From the NCBI RefSeq assembly GCF_963506605.1, contig NC_083277.1, forward strand, positions 5,766,001 through 5,830,000: a stretch of DNA of 64,000 bases. The letters run 5' to 3'. Shown here in pieces: positions 16,981-28,627 of this stretch. The notes under the pieces are model-generated. The model saw nothing but the letters and a program-made list of their open reading frames with translations. It made no database searches and was not told the DNA's origin. How positions within the stretch are numbered: the stretch's first letter is position 1; every line of letters starts with the position of its first letter. The position numbers were made by a program, and so were the translations under genes. The DNA is from Zootoca vivipara. Taxonomy: Eukaryota.

Positions 16981-18026
16981 TTTACATCCAGGAATCAACA
17001 TGCACAAGTGGGATTACGTATAGGGGAGAAGCCAGAGAGGGGAAGTCAAATGTACCCTTTTACACTAGCCGGCTATAGAGCAATTAAGCAACTCCCCACA
17101 TCTTTTGGTGCTTACTCCTCAACATGCTGCTGAGTCGGCATTTCCACTGCAGCACAGAGTGTTAACTCCTTGATGCCCCTAACACACTGCCCAATGGCTT
17201 TCCATTTTTATGCTTCCACAATGTCCAGACTAGGGGTTGGTGCTTGATGGGATATATTTGTGCTGTTGTTGTCATTCCCTCTAAACCTCGTTGTTGTCAT
17301 TTCCCTCTCCCACCAAACATTCTGAAAACCTGACGTCCACTCGATATATCTGGTAAAGGAAGAAAGTCCAACCTCACACAGCACACAGCTTCAAAAATAG
17401 AAAACTTTGAAATAAATCCTTTAGACATATCAGATTTGCACAGAAGAGCAGTTTGTAAAATAGGTTGTGTTGCCTCTACACCAGGCATAAATATGGAGTT
17501 AGTCGCAAAAAAAAGGCCACTGCTTACTTCCCTTCCGCTTTTCCTTTCCCACTTCTTATACCTGCAATTTGAAATTTGATTTTTATTTTTAATACAGTTG
17601 GTTTGTGCACGAGTATTTATCTGCAGAAGATTGGTGGGTGGGTGGGTGGGTCTTTTGTGTGTGTGTGTAAACGTTCATCCAGCAATAACCAATGGAAAAA
17701 GGGAGTTCATACTTTCCTGTGGGTGGAAGGAAGCAAAAATAGTTTTACTTTTTTTTAATTGTATTCCACTTTCCCAACAATGTATTTGTAATGTTTTTAT
17801 TATTATTTCATTTTTAATGGTATAAAAAAGAATAATGAGAGCAACAGATAAAAAGGTGAAAAACAAAAGCATAAGATAGACTATCACTTTTATCAGATCA
17901 TCATGTATAGCTCCAGGCTTGTGATGAGGGTTTCCTTGAAAATGAGGGTTCTGCTGTATATGTCATGAGGAAATGCTAAATCATATGAGAAATCAGTTTT
18001 AAGGATCTAATCTGATTTTACAAGTA

Positions 18027-18218
18027 CTGTATATTCCTGCGTATAAGGCTACTTTTTAAGCCCCAAAAATCTTCTCAAAATTGGGGGGGGGGGTCGTCTT
18101 ATACACCGGGTCCCCTGTGAACCGAGCTGCCCACTCGCATAACTATATTTTAAATAGAAAATTGGGGGGGGGGGTGTCATCTTATACACCCAGTCACCTT
18201 ATATGCCGGAATATACGG
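18027..18218. mobile_element. Tc1/mariner (Tigger/Tc2-type) MITE
   Basis: TIR C(C/T)GTATATTCC...TATAAG, TA TSD; paralogous empty site at ~8520-8530. Confidence 0.8.
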
Positions 18219-19086
18219 TATTTTATCGTTCCCACACTGATCATGTAGATATGTTAACTACCAGTAAGGATATTTTTAATCAAAGTTGAACACATGTCCA
18301 AGTATCACTTAACCTCCTAATTGCAGCCTAGTCTTATTCTGGTATTCCATTTTTCTGTTATGAAAATGGAAGTGTCATAGTGGCAGAAAGGATGTGAGGG
18401 GAGACAGTCTTTGTGCTGACTGCCTCCATCACAAGGGAGTTACTGCCAGGAACATCATGTACAGGTGTATTTTGATGCATTAAATAGAGTGAAAGTTTAT
18501 GACTCACCATGGAGGGGAGAGCACATGTACAAATTCAACACTTCGTTGCTATTCTGCTAAGGTTGTTAATACTGTTTTATAGATATGGATGCTGTCGTAC
18601 TATGTGAATCCTATAATATGATTCTTGGTATAACTGATGTTTAGCTTATTTTTTAGTTGTTTTGTTAATAGTGTTACATATATGGTAATTGTTTTATTTA
18701 GTATTTGTGATTGTTTTACTGATGATATGTTAAGTATTCTATATGATTTATGTTGTGGTGTTTCCTTATGTTATTTTTATCTTTCCTTTGTAAATCGCTT
18801 TGGGATTTATTTGAATAAAAAGCGGCATAAAAATAGAATCAGTCAATCAATTTGTAGTACATTATCCTTATCTTCTGACTTTTTGTTATACGTGGGATTT
18901 TGTTGTTGTTCAGCTTGTTTTATTGGTCATGCCTTTCATATGCCATATGACCCATCTTCCTGTCTCCTATGGAGGCCATACTCTAGAATGGGTGCTCCAA
19001 GATGACAGCTGAGGGAGAGGGGGCCTGGCAGAGCGTAATTTTAGCATGTAAGGGGGATATGAATGATGATGATGATCTAATTTAAC

Positions 19087-19470
19087 AATGTTGTTGTTGT
19101 TTAGTCATTTAGTCGTGCCCGACTCTTCGTGACCCCATGGACCAGAGCACGCCAGGCACTCCTGTCTTCCACTACTTCCCGCAGTTTGGTCAGACTCATG
19201 TTGGTAGCTTTGAGAACATTGAATAACATTATTAGAGTGCTCCAATTGAGGAACAGCCTTTGCCAAAGGTGTCATGGTCTTTGAAGACACTCAAACTCAG
19301 GACGCAAGGGAGAAACGTACTAAGAGGAAGGCACGCTTGGTAAACCCTCACCGTGATCAACTCCCGCCCGGAAATCTATGTCCCCACTGTGGAAGGACGT
19401 GTGGATCCAGAATTGGCCTCCACAGTCGCTTACAGACTCACTTTTAAAACCATGTTTATGGAAGACATTC
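19087..19470. mobile_element. BovB 3' fragment (-) fused to an RTE 3' fragment (+); repeated in units B and C
   Basis: (TTG)n tail plus BovB end; CPHCGRTCGSRIGLHS RTE C-terminal finger. Confidence 0.7.
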
Positions 19471-19776
19471 GTATTGCAATATCAGCTCATGAAAAGTTGG
19501 CCACATGACCCGGAAAGCTGTGTGGCTCCCTCTGACTGAAGGCGGAGATATGTACCCCACGCCATAGTCGAATTCGGCTGGACTTGCCATGGGAAAGCAG
19601 AAGGGGCAACCAATGAAGGGGGAGACGACCAAAGAAACCTCCTCTCACACAAGTACCACCCCTGCCAATTCCGTAACATAGCAAAGGCCAAGTTCAAACA
19701 CCAGCCCCTATTTAAAAGAGGCACCCGTAATGACAACACTGGACTGCCCTTTAGGGTTGCCGTAAGTTACTCTCCA

Positions 19777-20572
19777 GGGACATGGGTGGCGCTGTGGTCT
19801 AAACCACAGAGCCTAGGGATTGCCGATCAGAAGGTCCGAATCCCTGCGACGGGGTGAGCTCCCTCCCGTTGCTCGGTCCCTGCTCCTGCCAACGTAGCAG
19901 TTCGAAAGCACGTAGCAGTTCGAAAGCACGGCAAAGTGCAAGTAGATAAATAGGTACCGCTCAGGCGGGAAGGTAAACGGCGTTTCCATGTGCTGCTCTG
20001 GTTCACCAGAAGCGGTTTAGTCATGCTGGCCACATGACCTGGAAGCTGTACACCGGCCCCCTCGGCCAGTAAAGGTGAGATGGACCTCTCCTCTCTGCTG
20101 GGAATTACTGAGGTATTACAATATTATAGATTAGCGATAAGATATGAAGAACTCAAAGGAACAGATTCAGAAACAATTATAAAAATCTGGAAACCATTCA
20201 TTAATTATATAAAAGATAAACTGGAAAACCCAAATCTGATCTCAGATACATAAAGGCTCTATCATATGTATAAGTATAATTGCAAATGTCTTACATTTAT
20301 ATGTCATTGATAGTTTTGTGTAACATGATTGGTAGTGTGTAATATTTTATATGAAACTTAGGGAGGAGCCCAGCACAGGATGGAGGAGGGGTAGGGAGGG
20401 GGGGGAAGATGGGAGGGCCGGGAAGGGGAAAAGAATAACCACACGACAATGTATTGTTGTATATTTTTCTTTTAATCATTTGTATATTTTCGAAACCTAT
20501 AAAGATTTGTTTTGTTTTGTTTTTTTTAAAAAAGGTGAGATGGACCTAATGGTCAGGGGTCCCTTCACCTTT
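19777..20572 (+). mobile_element. Sauria SINE (uninterrupted copies 31992-32320 and ~41896-42215)
   Basis: Head gggacatgggtggcgctgtgg; TSD TAAGTTACTCTCCA clear in unit B. Confidence 0.88.
20088..20530 (+). mobile_element. 5'-truncated L1 inserted in the Sauria SINE (unit A only)
   Basis: 17-bp TSD AAAGGTGAGATGGACCT; encodes IKIWKPFINYI, an L1 ORF2 terminus. Confidence 0.85.
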
Positions 20573-20599
20573 TAAGTTACTTCAAGTAACAAAAGCACG

Positions 20600-22050
20600 T
20601 AGAAACTCCGGTCTACTTTGCAGGGCTGTTGTAACGTGCACACCCTTCCTCCCCCACATTGTGAAATGGGTGTGAAAATGACCGGATCCCCATACCCCCC
20701 TCTCCCGGGCAAGGGATTGAAAGAGTTAAAGGGGGGGGAATGTAACCTTCGTGCCCTGGACTGGAGGGCTTTTTCGGAGGGTTTTTTTTTTGGGGGGGGG
20801 GGTCTCTTTCCCTGCCGTCTCCGGGGATTGAACCTGGGGACCTTATCAGGAAAAGAAACAGGATAACGGACCTTGTTTGGAAGGAGGAGAATTTATGTGA
20901 TCTGGGAGGGAGGTGCCACGCATTCCTCCCCATGGGCCAGTGAGCTCCGCTTCCTAGAGAGGCAGGGAGGTTTGGAGGGGGGAGCCAAGGTTGGAGGGGG
21001 AGGGGGCCGCCATATACATTCCCAGAAGAGGAGGAGATCTGCACAGGAGGGGGGAAAAGAGGTGCAAAATATATCTATATATTGCGGGGCGGGGCGGGAG
21101 AATGATGTGCTTTTCCTCCCCCTGAATCTGCAAACAGGGCAGCTGGGAAGGGAGGGCAGGCTTTTGGTTGAGGGGGGAAGGAATGAAAGGAAGTGTGGGA
21201 GTGTTTTCCCTCCCCCTTATTTCTGCAGATCAGTCGAGCGGGGGTGGGGCTGATTTAGGCACTGGTTATTTAGACCCAGAGGGGGCGCGTCCTTGAAGAG
21301 CCCCCCCCAACCATTTGTATTGCAGGAAAGGAAATCGGAATAGAATAGCGAGCGATGGAAGCGGAGGGCCGGAGAGGACAAAGAGGTGGAGCTGCGGGGT
21401 GGAGGGAGGAGGTTGCGATGGGCGGGGAGATAAAGGGGGCAGAGACCCCCTCCCAGAAGAACAACTCGCTTCCGGGGCGCTATTTGCAGAGCCACCCTCC
21501 CCCCAATCCATGCAATCTGGCTGCAGATCGGAGACCCTCCATTCGCAAGGGTTTGCATTGCAAGATCTCCTTTGCAGCGCCCCATCCGCTTGAGAGTCAA
21601 GAGAGGCTCAGCTGTCCTTCCCCCCCCCCCCGCGCTTCTACGGGAATGAAATGGGAGCCCCCCCCAAGCGCTGGGACTTGAACCGAGGCCCCAGTTCCGC
21701 GCCCCTCTGCGAGTTCCGGGTTGTCCCTGGCAGGAATCCCTGGGGCGCCGCGATCCTGGCTCCCTGCAGGTGCCAAGGGGTGCCTTGATGGGTCTCCTTT
21801 GGGTGGAAGGGTTAAAGGGGGCGAGAGAGGCCTGGCTAGAGACCCCACCGTCTCCCTCCCCACCCCGCTCATCTGGCGAGGCCCCTCCGGATGGAAAGGT
21901 GGGAGCGCTTGGGAGCAATTTGGGGTGACCGGCCAGGGGGGACCCCCAGGTGCGGAGGCAGGAGGGCAGAGGAAGTTAGGGGGCTGAGGGAGGGAGGGAA
22001 GCACCCCGGGGGGAGGAATCGAAGCCATATTGGAGAAAGAGAGAGAGACT
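20600..22050 (+). promoter_or_regulatory. G3 GC-rich 5'/promoter region (copies at ~32360-33850 and ~42255-43730 for G4/G5)
   Basis: CpG-retaining G-rich region upstream of each finger exon; contains the shared 5' motif and a candidate donor GAG|gtgcaa (21061). Confidence 0.45.
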
Positions 22051-23594
22051 TGGGGGGCTGCCTGCCTTGACTTCTCTCTCCTGCCCAGAATCAGAGATGA
22101 CTTCGAGTCGACCAGGGAGAGATCCCTGAACAGGAGGCCTGATCCACCCACCCTCTCCTCCCTTGAAGCTCAGTCCTTGCCCTGCCATAAGTCTCCAGTG
22201 CTGTCAACTTTCCCCATTTTTGTGGGAAATTCCCTTATTCAGCCCCCTACTTTCATATCTGACAGTTGACTGCCCAATAGGATTCCTCATCCCCCAAGCT
22301 GAGGGGTTGGCAGCTATGTGAAATCTCAGATCAGCTGCTGCGTGGGGCGCTGGGGGCTGTTATAGCGAGTCAAAACATTGGGGGAAAGAGGAAAGGAAGG
22401 GTAGCAACTTTATTATTTCCACCCTTTGAGGCTTTTGTCTTGTCAGCTACAGTCTCTCGCACAAGCCAGTGTCTCTGTGGAGAAACATCCTACCCAGAGA
22501 TAACTGTGCCCAACTCCTTCTCTCCATTCCAGCAGGTTTCCATTATTCCCGCTATATCAGATCTCTTTAATCTGTGGGATTTAAGGGATTGGGAAGATTG
22601 CTATGGAAATGGGTGGGGTTCCTCCCCCCCCCAGCCTGTGTAATTATTACTACAATGGTTATTTTTAATTATTTGTTGAATCTATTAGTTGCTTTCTCTT
22701 GCCCACGGCAGCCCAAAGTGACTTACAACCAATTGTTGTTGTTGATGTTGTTGTTGTCAAACTCTGCCCTCCAGATGTTTTGAAACTACAGTTCCCATCA
22801 TCCCTGACCACTGGTCCTGCTAGCTAGGGATCATGGGAATTATAGGCCAAAAACATCTGGAGAGCCGCGTTTGAGGAAGCCTGCTCTACCCTCTCATCCA
22901 GTGGAAGGTGCTGTCCCATTGCCAGTGTCCTAGACACAATGCAGCAGAAGTAAATGGTGCAGGGTGATTTGGGAATGTGTGCAGTTGGACTATATCACGA
23001 AGATCTTCTGTTTCAGTGTACCTGAAGTGTGCATGCACACGAAAGCTCATACCAGTGATTTTTTATCCTCGACCAGCCATCCCCAAACTTCAGCCCTCAA
23101 GATGTTTTGGACTACAATTCCCATCTTCCCTGACCACTGTTCCCGTTAGCTAGGGGTCATGGGAGTTGTAGGCCAAAACATTCTGGAGGGCCGCAGTTTG
23201 GGGATGCCTGTCCTAGACCCTAACACTATAAATCCACTCAGCAGGGGTGGAGGATTATTGTGCCGAGGATGAAGAATTTCATGGTGAATTTAGGACCCTG
23301 ATGAATGGTGGGCAGGTTCATAGACATAGAACAGCTCCCTTTCCTATGAGAAACCACTTTTCATAAAATGTAAATGCCACAGTTCAACTGTATTCTGAGA
23401 TAATGCTGCTTCATTAACGTTGATTGAGGGTTATGAAAGGCTGATGATGCATGACCATAATTTGACACTAAATCATTTGCCTTTAATAAAAATTTGTAAC
23501 ATATGGAGGACAGGAGATAATATACAATGTGTTAAAATAAGGTGCTAATTGATGTGTGTAATATTCCTTTGTTCTCATCCTACAAAACAAATAG

Positions 23595-25760
23595 GATTTT
23601 CTCTCCCCACCGCACTCCCAGTCGAAAGAAGACAATGGAGAAGGCAGTCAAAATTCTGGTGGGCCAAATCCAATGGGAATAACGAAGAAATCATTTAAAT
23701 ACATGGAGGCTGAAAAGAAAGAGGATAAACACTTTAAAAGCATGGAGTGTGGAAAGAGCTTCACTGACAGTGGAACACTTAGAAAACATCAACAGACTCA
23801 CACAGGAGAGAAACCATTTAAATGCATAGAGTGTGGAAAGAACTTCAGTCACAATGGAAACCTTAGAAAACATCAACGGACCCACACTGGGGAAAAACCC
23901 TTTCAATGCATGGAATGTGGAAAGAGCTTCACTGAGAGTGGAACACTTATAATTCATCAACGGACTCACACAGGGGAGAAACCATTTCAATGCATGGAGT
24001 GTGGAAAGAGCTTCAGTCGGAGTGGAACACTTAGAATTCATCAACGGAGTCACACAGGAGAGAAACCATTTAAATGCATGGAGTGTGGAAAGAGCTTCAG
24101 TCGGAGTGGACACCTTAGAAACCATCATCTAACTCACACGGGGGAGAAACCATTTGCATGCATGGAGTGTGGCAAGAGCTTCACTTGTGGTAGAACACTT
24201 AAAATTCATCAATGGACTCACACAGGGGAGAAACCATTTAAATGCATGGAGTGTGGAAAGAGCTTCACTTGCAGTCAAACACTTAGAATTCATAAACGGA
24301 CTCACACAGGGGAGAAACCATTTAAATGCATGGAGTGTGGAAAGAGCTTCAGTCACAGTGGAAACTTTAGAATTCATCAACGGACCCACACTGGGGAAAA
24401 ACCATTTGAATGCATGGAGTGTGGAAAGAGCTTCATTACTGGTAGAACACTTAGAATTCATCAACGGACACACACAGGGGAGAAACCATGTAAATGCATG
24501 GAGTGTGGAAAGAGCTTCAGGTGGAGTGGAAACCTTAGAAGACATCAACGGACCCACACTGGGGAAAAACCATTTAAATGCATGGAATGTGGAAAGAGCT
24601 TCACTGAGAGTGGAACACTTAGAATTCATCAACGGACTCACACAGGGGAGAAACCATTTCAATGCATGGAGTGTCGAAAGAGCTTCAGTCGGAGTGGAGA
24701 ACTTATAATCCATCAACGGAGTCACACAGGAGAGAAACCATTTCAATGCATGGAGTGTGGAAAGAGCTTCAGTCGGAGTGGAGAACTTAGAAAACATCAA
24801 CAGACTCACACAGGAGAGCGACCATTTAAATGCATGGAGTGTGGAAAGTGCTTCAGTACGAGTTGGAAGCTGAATTTACATCACCTAACTCACACTGGGG
24901 GGAAACCATTTAAATGCATGGAATGTGGAAAGAGCTTCACTGAGAGTGGAACACTTAGAATTCATCAACGGACTCACACAGGGGAGAAACCATTTAAATG
25001 CATGGAGTGTGCAAAGAGCTTCAGTCAGAGTGGACTCCTTAGAAACCATCAACAGATTCACACCGGGGAGAAACCATTTAAATGCATGGAGTGTGGAAAG
25101 AGCTTCACTTATAGTGGAACACTTATAAGACATCATCTAACTCACACAGGAGAGAAACCATTTGAATGCATGGAGTGTGGAAAGAGCTTCACTTGCGGTA
25201 GAACACTTAGAAGACATCATCGAACTCACACAGGAGAAAAACCATTTAAATGCATGGAGTGTGGAAAGTGCTTCAGTCAGTGTGGACACCTTAGAAGACA
25301 TCAACAGAGTCACACAGGAGAAAAACCATTTAAATGCATGGAATGTGGAAAGTGCTTCAGTACGAGTTGGAAGCTGAATTTACATCATCGAACTCACACA
25401 GGAGAGAAACCAATTAAATGCATGGAGTGTGGAAAGTGCTTCAGTCATAGTGGACACCTTAGAAGACATCAACAGAGTCACACAGGAGAAAAACCATTTA
25501 AATGCATGGAATGTGGAAAGTGCTTCAGTAGGAGTGGGAAGCTGAATTTACATCATCAAACACACACAGGAGAGAAACCATTTAAATGCATGGAGTGTGG
25601 AAAGTGCTTCTGTAGGAGTGGGCAACTGAATTCACATCATCGAACACACACAGGAGAGAAACCATTTAAATGCATGGAGTGTGGAATGAGCTTCACTGAG
25701 AGTGGAGTTCTTACAGAACATCAACAAACTCATACAGAGGAGAAGCCATGTAAGTCCTAG
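23595..25760 (+). CDS. G3: tandem C2H2 zinc-finger exon, 24 fingers (first degenerate), no KRAB found
   Basis: ORF 23673..25760 of repeated [12 protein letters not shown]...HTGE units. Acceptor aaatag|GAT at 23595 is open in phase 0. Upstream exons uncertain (candidates 22447-22535, 23245-23315). Confidence 0.88.
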   Translation, partial: DFLSPPHSQSKEDNGEGSQNSGGPNPMGITKKSFKYMEAEKKEDKHFKSMECGKSFTDSGTLRKHQQTHTGEKPFKCIECGKNFSHNGNLRKHQRTHTGEKPFQCMECGKSFTESGTLIIHQRTHTGEKPFQCMECGKSFSRSGTLRIHQRSHTGEKPFKCMECGKSFSRSGHLRNHHLTHTGEKPFACMECGKSFTCGRTLKIHQWTHTGEKPFKCMECGKSFTCSQTLRIHKRTHTGEKPFKCMECGKSFSHSGNFRIHQRTHTGEKPFECMECGKSFITGRTLRIHQRTHTGEKPCKCMECGKSFRWSGNLRRHQRTHTGEKPFKCMECGKSFTESGTLRIHQRTHTGEKPFQCMECRKSFSRSGELIIHQRSHTGEKPFQCMECGKSFSRSGELRKHQQTHTGERPFKCMECGKCFSTSWKLNLHHLTHTGGKPFKCMECGKSFTESGTLRIHQRTHTGEKPFKCMECAKSFSQSGLLRNHQQIHTGEKPFKCMECGKSFTYSGTLIRHHLTHTGEKPFECMECGKSFTCGRTLRRHHRTHTGEKPFKCMECGKCFSQCGHLRRHQQSHTGEKPFKCMECGKCFSTSWKLNLHHRTHTGEKPIKCMECGKCFSHSGHLRRHQQSHTGEKPFKCMECGKCFSRSGKLNLHHQTHTGEKPFKCMECGKCFCRSGQLNSHHRTHTGEKPFKCMECGMSFTESGVLTEHQQTHTEEKPCKS

Positions 25761-26021
25761 GGAAGTGGACAGAGGTTCTGTTGAAGTGGAAGTCTTACAA
25801 ACCATCAAAAGACTCTGAGGGGTAAGAGCTGTAAGAGTGGAAACTGTGCAAGCCATCAATTAACCCAAAGAAGAGAAATGGTTTAAATAGGAGGAGTGTG
25901 GATTCTGCTTTGGTTATTATGGAATGCTTTTTGGAGTGTCGAACCTGTTTCTCTCCGAGTTAACACTTTCTCTCACATCAATAACAGGAAATCAATCTTA
26001 AATGCATGCAGCCTATGTAAT

Positions 26022-27063
26022 CTCAAGGTACCAACGGTAAAGGAATGACAGAACAAGCTATTAGAATACGCGGAAATGGCTCAACTGACACACAACCTAA
26101 GGGGTAATACAAAACAAGAATTTGGAAAAAAGGGGGGGATATGTTTAAGAGATATCTACAAGCAAGTAATAGTGATGTAACTACCATGGCAGTACTAGAT
26201 TGACTCATGTGGATATTAGACGAATTAACATTAGGAAATTTATGGTATTATGAGAAGTACTTGAAATGACAATAAGATTAAGGGAAGAAAAGTAAGTGCA
26301 TTCATTTCTATAATCGCAATGTGCTTTGGGTGATGACGGGAAGTCGTTTCGTTCATTTATTATTATATATATATGCTTTATTATTCTTTCTTACTTCCTG
26401 TTTATCTTATTTTTAGTTAACACTCTTAGGTCTAGGACGGTGGTTCCCAACAGGTGGTCCGAGGACCCCCAGGGGTCCGCGAGCTATGCCAGAGGGGTCC
26501 GCAAGATGCTATTAGAATAAAAAATATATAAAAAATATATTAAATATATTTCGTATGATAACAGATTTTTTGTTTTGGCCGCTTCCTGCATGAGCAGAGT
26601 CTAGCGCAAAACTAGAATTAGATAGAGGCAGTAGTTCTGCTGTATGCCATTAGGTGGCGCTTTACAAACACTACTGTTTTGCAAAGAGGCAGCGCGCGCA
26701 TTCTAAACGCTCACCTCCCCAAGATGCTTTGCGCGCGTCGGCTTCATTTGTGCGCTACTGCACAGGTACCCTGTCTTCTCCATTCCCCTCCCTCCTCCCT
26801 GGCGCGCGCTCACTTTTTAATTTTAGGATTAGGAATTAATGGGGGTCCTTGTCACAATAGCGGCTCAATGAGGGGTCCTCGAGAAAATTTTGTTGGGAAC
26901 CCCTGGTCTAGGAAATTGGTGAAGGTAGTTAATATAAGGAAAGAAATGACAAGTATGTATCACCAATGTTGAAATGGATGTTTATTGGACCAGATGATAT
27001 AACGTACATGCATACAAGATTGTACTGTCTAATGCAATAAATTCAAAATTCAAAAAAAAAAAA
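26022..27063 (+). mobile_element. L1 3' fragment downstream of G3 (copies ~38380-38961, ~48249-48829)
   Basis: KVPTVKE*QNKLLEYAEMAQLT, AATAAA and poly(A). Confidence 0.8.
26438..26905. mobile_element. hAT MITE, 468 bp (unit A only)
   Basis: TIR C(G/A)G(T/G)GGTTCCCAACA, TSD GTCTAGGA; empty site in B (~38800) and C (~48670). Confidence 0.92.
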
Positions 27064-28587
27064 GTAACTGAGGTAACTACCAGAAGACCCTCGGAAGTGG
27101 ACCTCAGTGAATGATGGGGAGATATTTTCTTTTCCTTGTGTTAGATGGATGTTGAAACAAGGTGTGATTGACAAGGGTATGTCTCGATCACAGATTTCTG
27201 CCCAGTACCACTCCTCTTCTGTGACAGACCTGTGATGTTTTGATGACACTGTGAGAAATGTGTTGTGGGAACTTTTAAAAACTCATGTAATCTTTGTCTT
27301 AAGTGTTTTCCGTTTTTGCTATCCTTAGAGATTGAGAAGTTTCTGGCAACAAATAAATGATCAGGCCTTCTGGCCGCTAATTTGCCTCCTTGATGATTGG
27401 TTGTGTTCTTGCCTTTTCTGATCAATCCAGCACCCACCGGACTAGACTCCAGCGAAGTTGGAAAGCGCTTTAGATACCAAACCCCATTTTCTCCCCATAA
27501 CACAGAAGTCAGAGAGTCCAGCCTGCTGCTCAATGTGCCCCAATCCATAAAACAGTGTTGGAGAGGATGCGTCTAAGACTATGTCTTTCTTCCTTCGTGG
27601 GGAGAAGATAGTCTCACCCCCCCATCAGCCCTTCTCCCACTCTCACCCCCCCCCCATCAGCCCTTCTCCCACTCTTCTGATCCACAGAAGGAACGGGGCA
27701 GGGGGAGGAATGAGTGGCAAAAAGGGGTTCTTCCTCTACTCCCCACCCCACCCCCCAAAACATAATTTCCCTTCCCTCCAAACAAGCTCTATAATTCCAT
27801 TTCTTTCCTGAAAAGGTCTCAGGTTCCATCCCCGGCGGCAGCACGGAAAAGACCCCCCGCATCTCTAAAAAGACTCCTCGGGGCATGAAGGTTGCACAGC
27901 TAGACACTCCTGCCCCTCTGGAGTTACCCCCTCCTGCCCCCATTTCAGGTCTCTGCTATGGGGTGCAGGCCCCCTCAGAACTCTCATCAGGACCCCGTAA
28001 TGCAAGTCATCCATATATCTCCTCCTCCAGCAACTCCCCCAGTAAATTGGCAGGGTGGTGGTATCCCGGACGGAGCCCCAAAGAGCAAGAGGCAAAAGGC
28101 AGCTCCTTCACGTCCGCTTCACACATGGGGAGGGCTGCTCTAAGGAGTGGCGTAGCAAGGTCAGGTAGTACCCGGTACGAATTTTTTTTGCCACCCCCCC
28201 CCCCCAAACACATTGAAATTATTAAAAGAAGGCTAAATAAGATGCTTACATTTGCAAGTGTTTTTTCTGGTTTATTTTCTTTGAGAATAAGCACTTAAAA
28301 TCTTTTTTCCCTAACTTTTTTCTCTGTAAATTTTGAAATCACATCAACTCCCAGACTTGGTGGAGCTAGAATAAAACCCAGCCCCCCCCCCCCAGCTGGA
28401 CTCCGCCCATGGAAACAGTGAATATGTGTGCTGTCTTCCTGAAGCCTCTCTTTTAAATCTAGGTTACCTCTTAAAAGTAATTTAGCATGAGCATACGAAT
28501 CAATTTGTAACTGACGAGACAATATAGATATATACTCTCTAGTTGCTAAAACTGAAATTGGCACAGGATCGTTTTTTTTAACATACC

Positions 28588-28588
<1 letters not shown>

Positions 28589-28627
<39 letters not shown>

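Noticed and set aside
27141-28298. 135/137-aa ORFs in the 3' flank of units A-C
   Set aside because: No recognisable domain; disrupted in unit C
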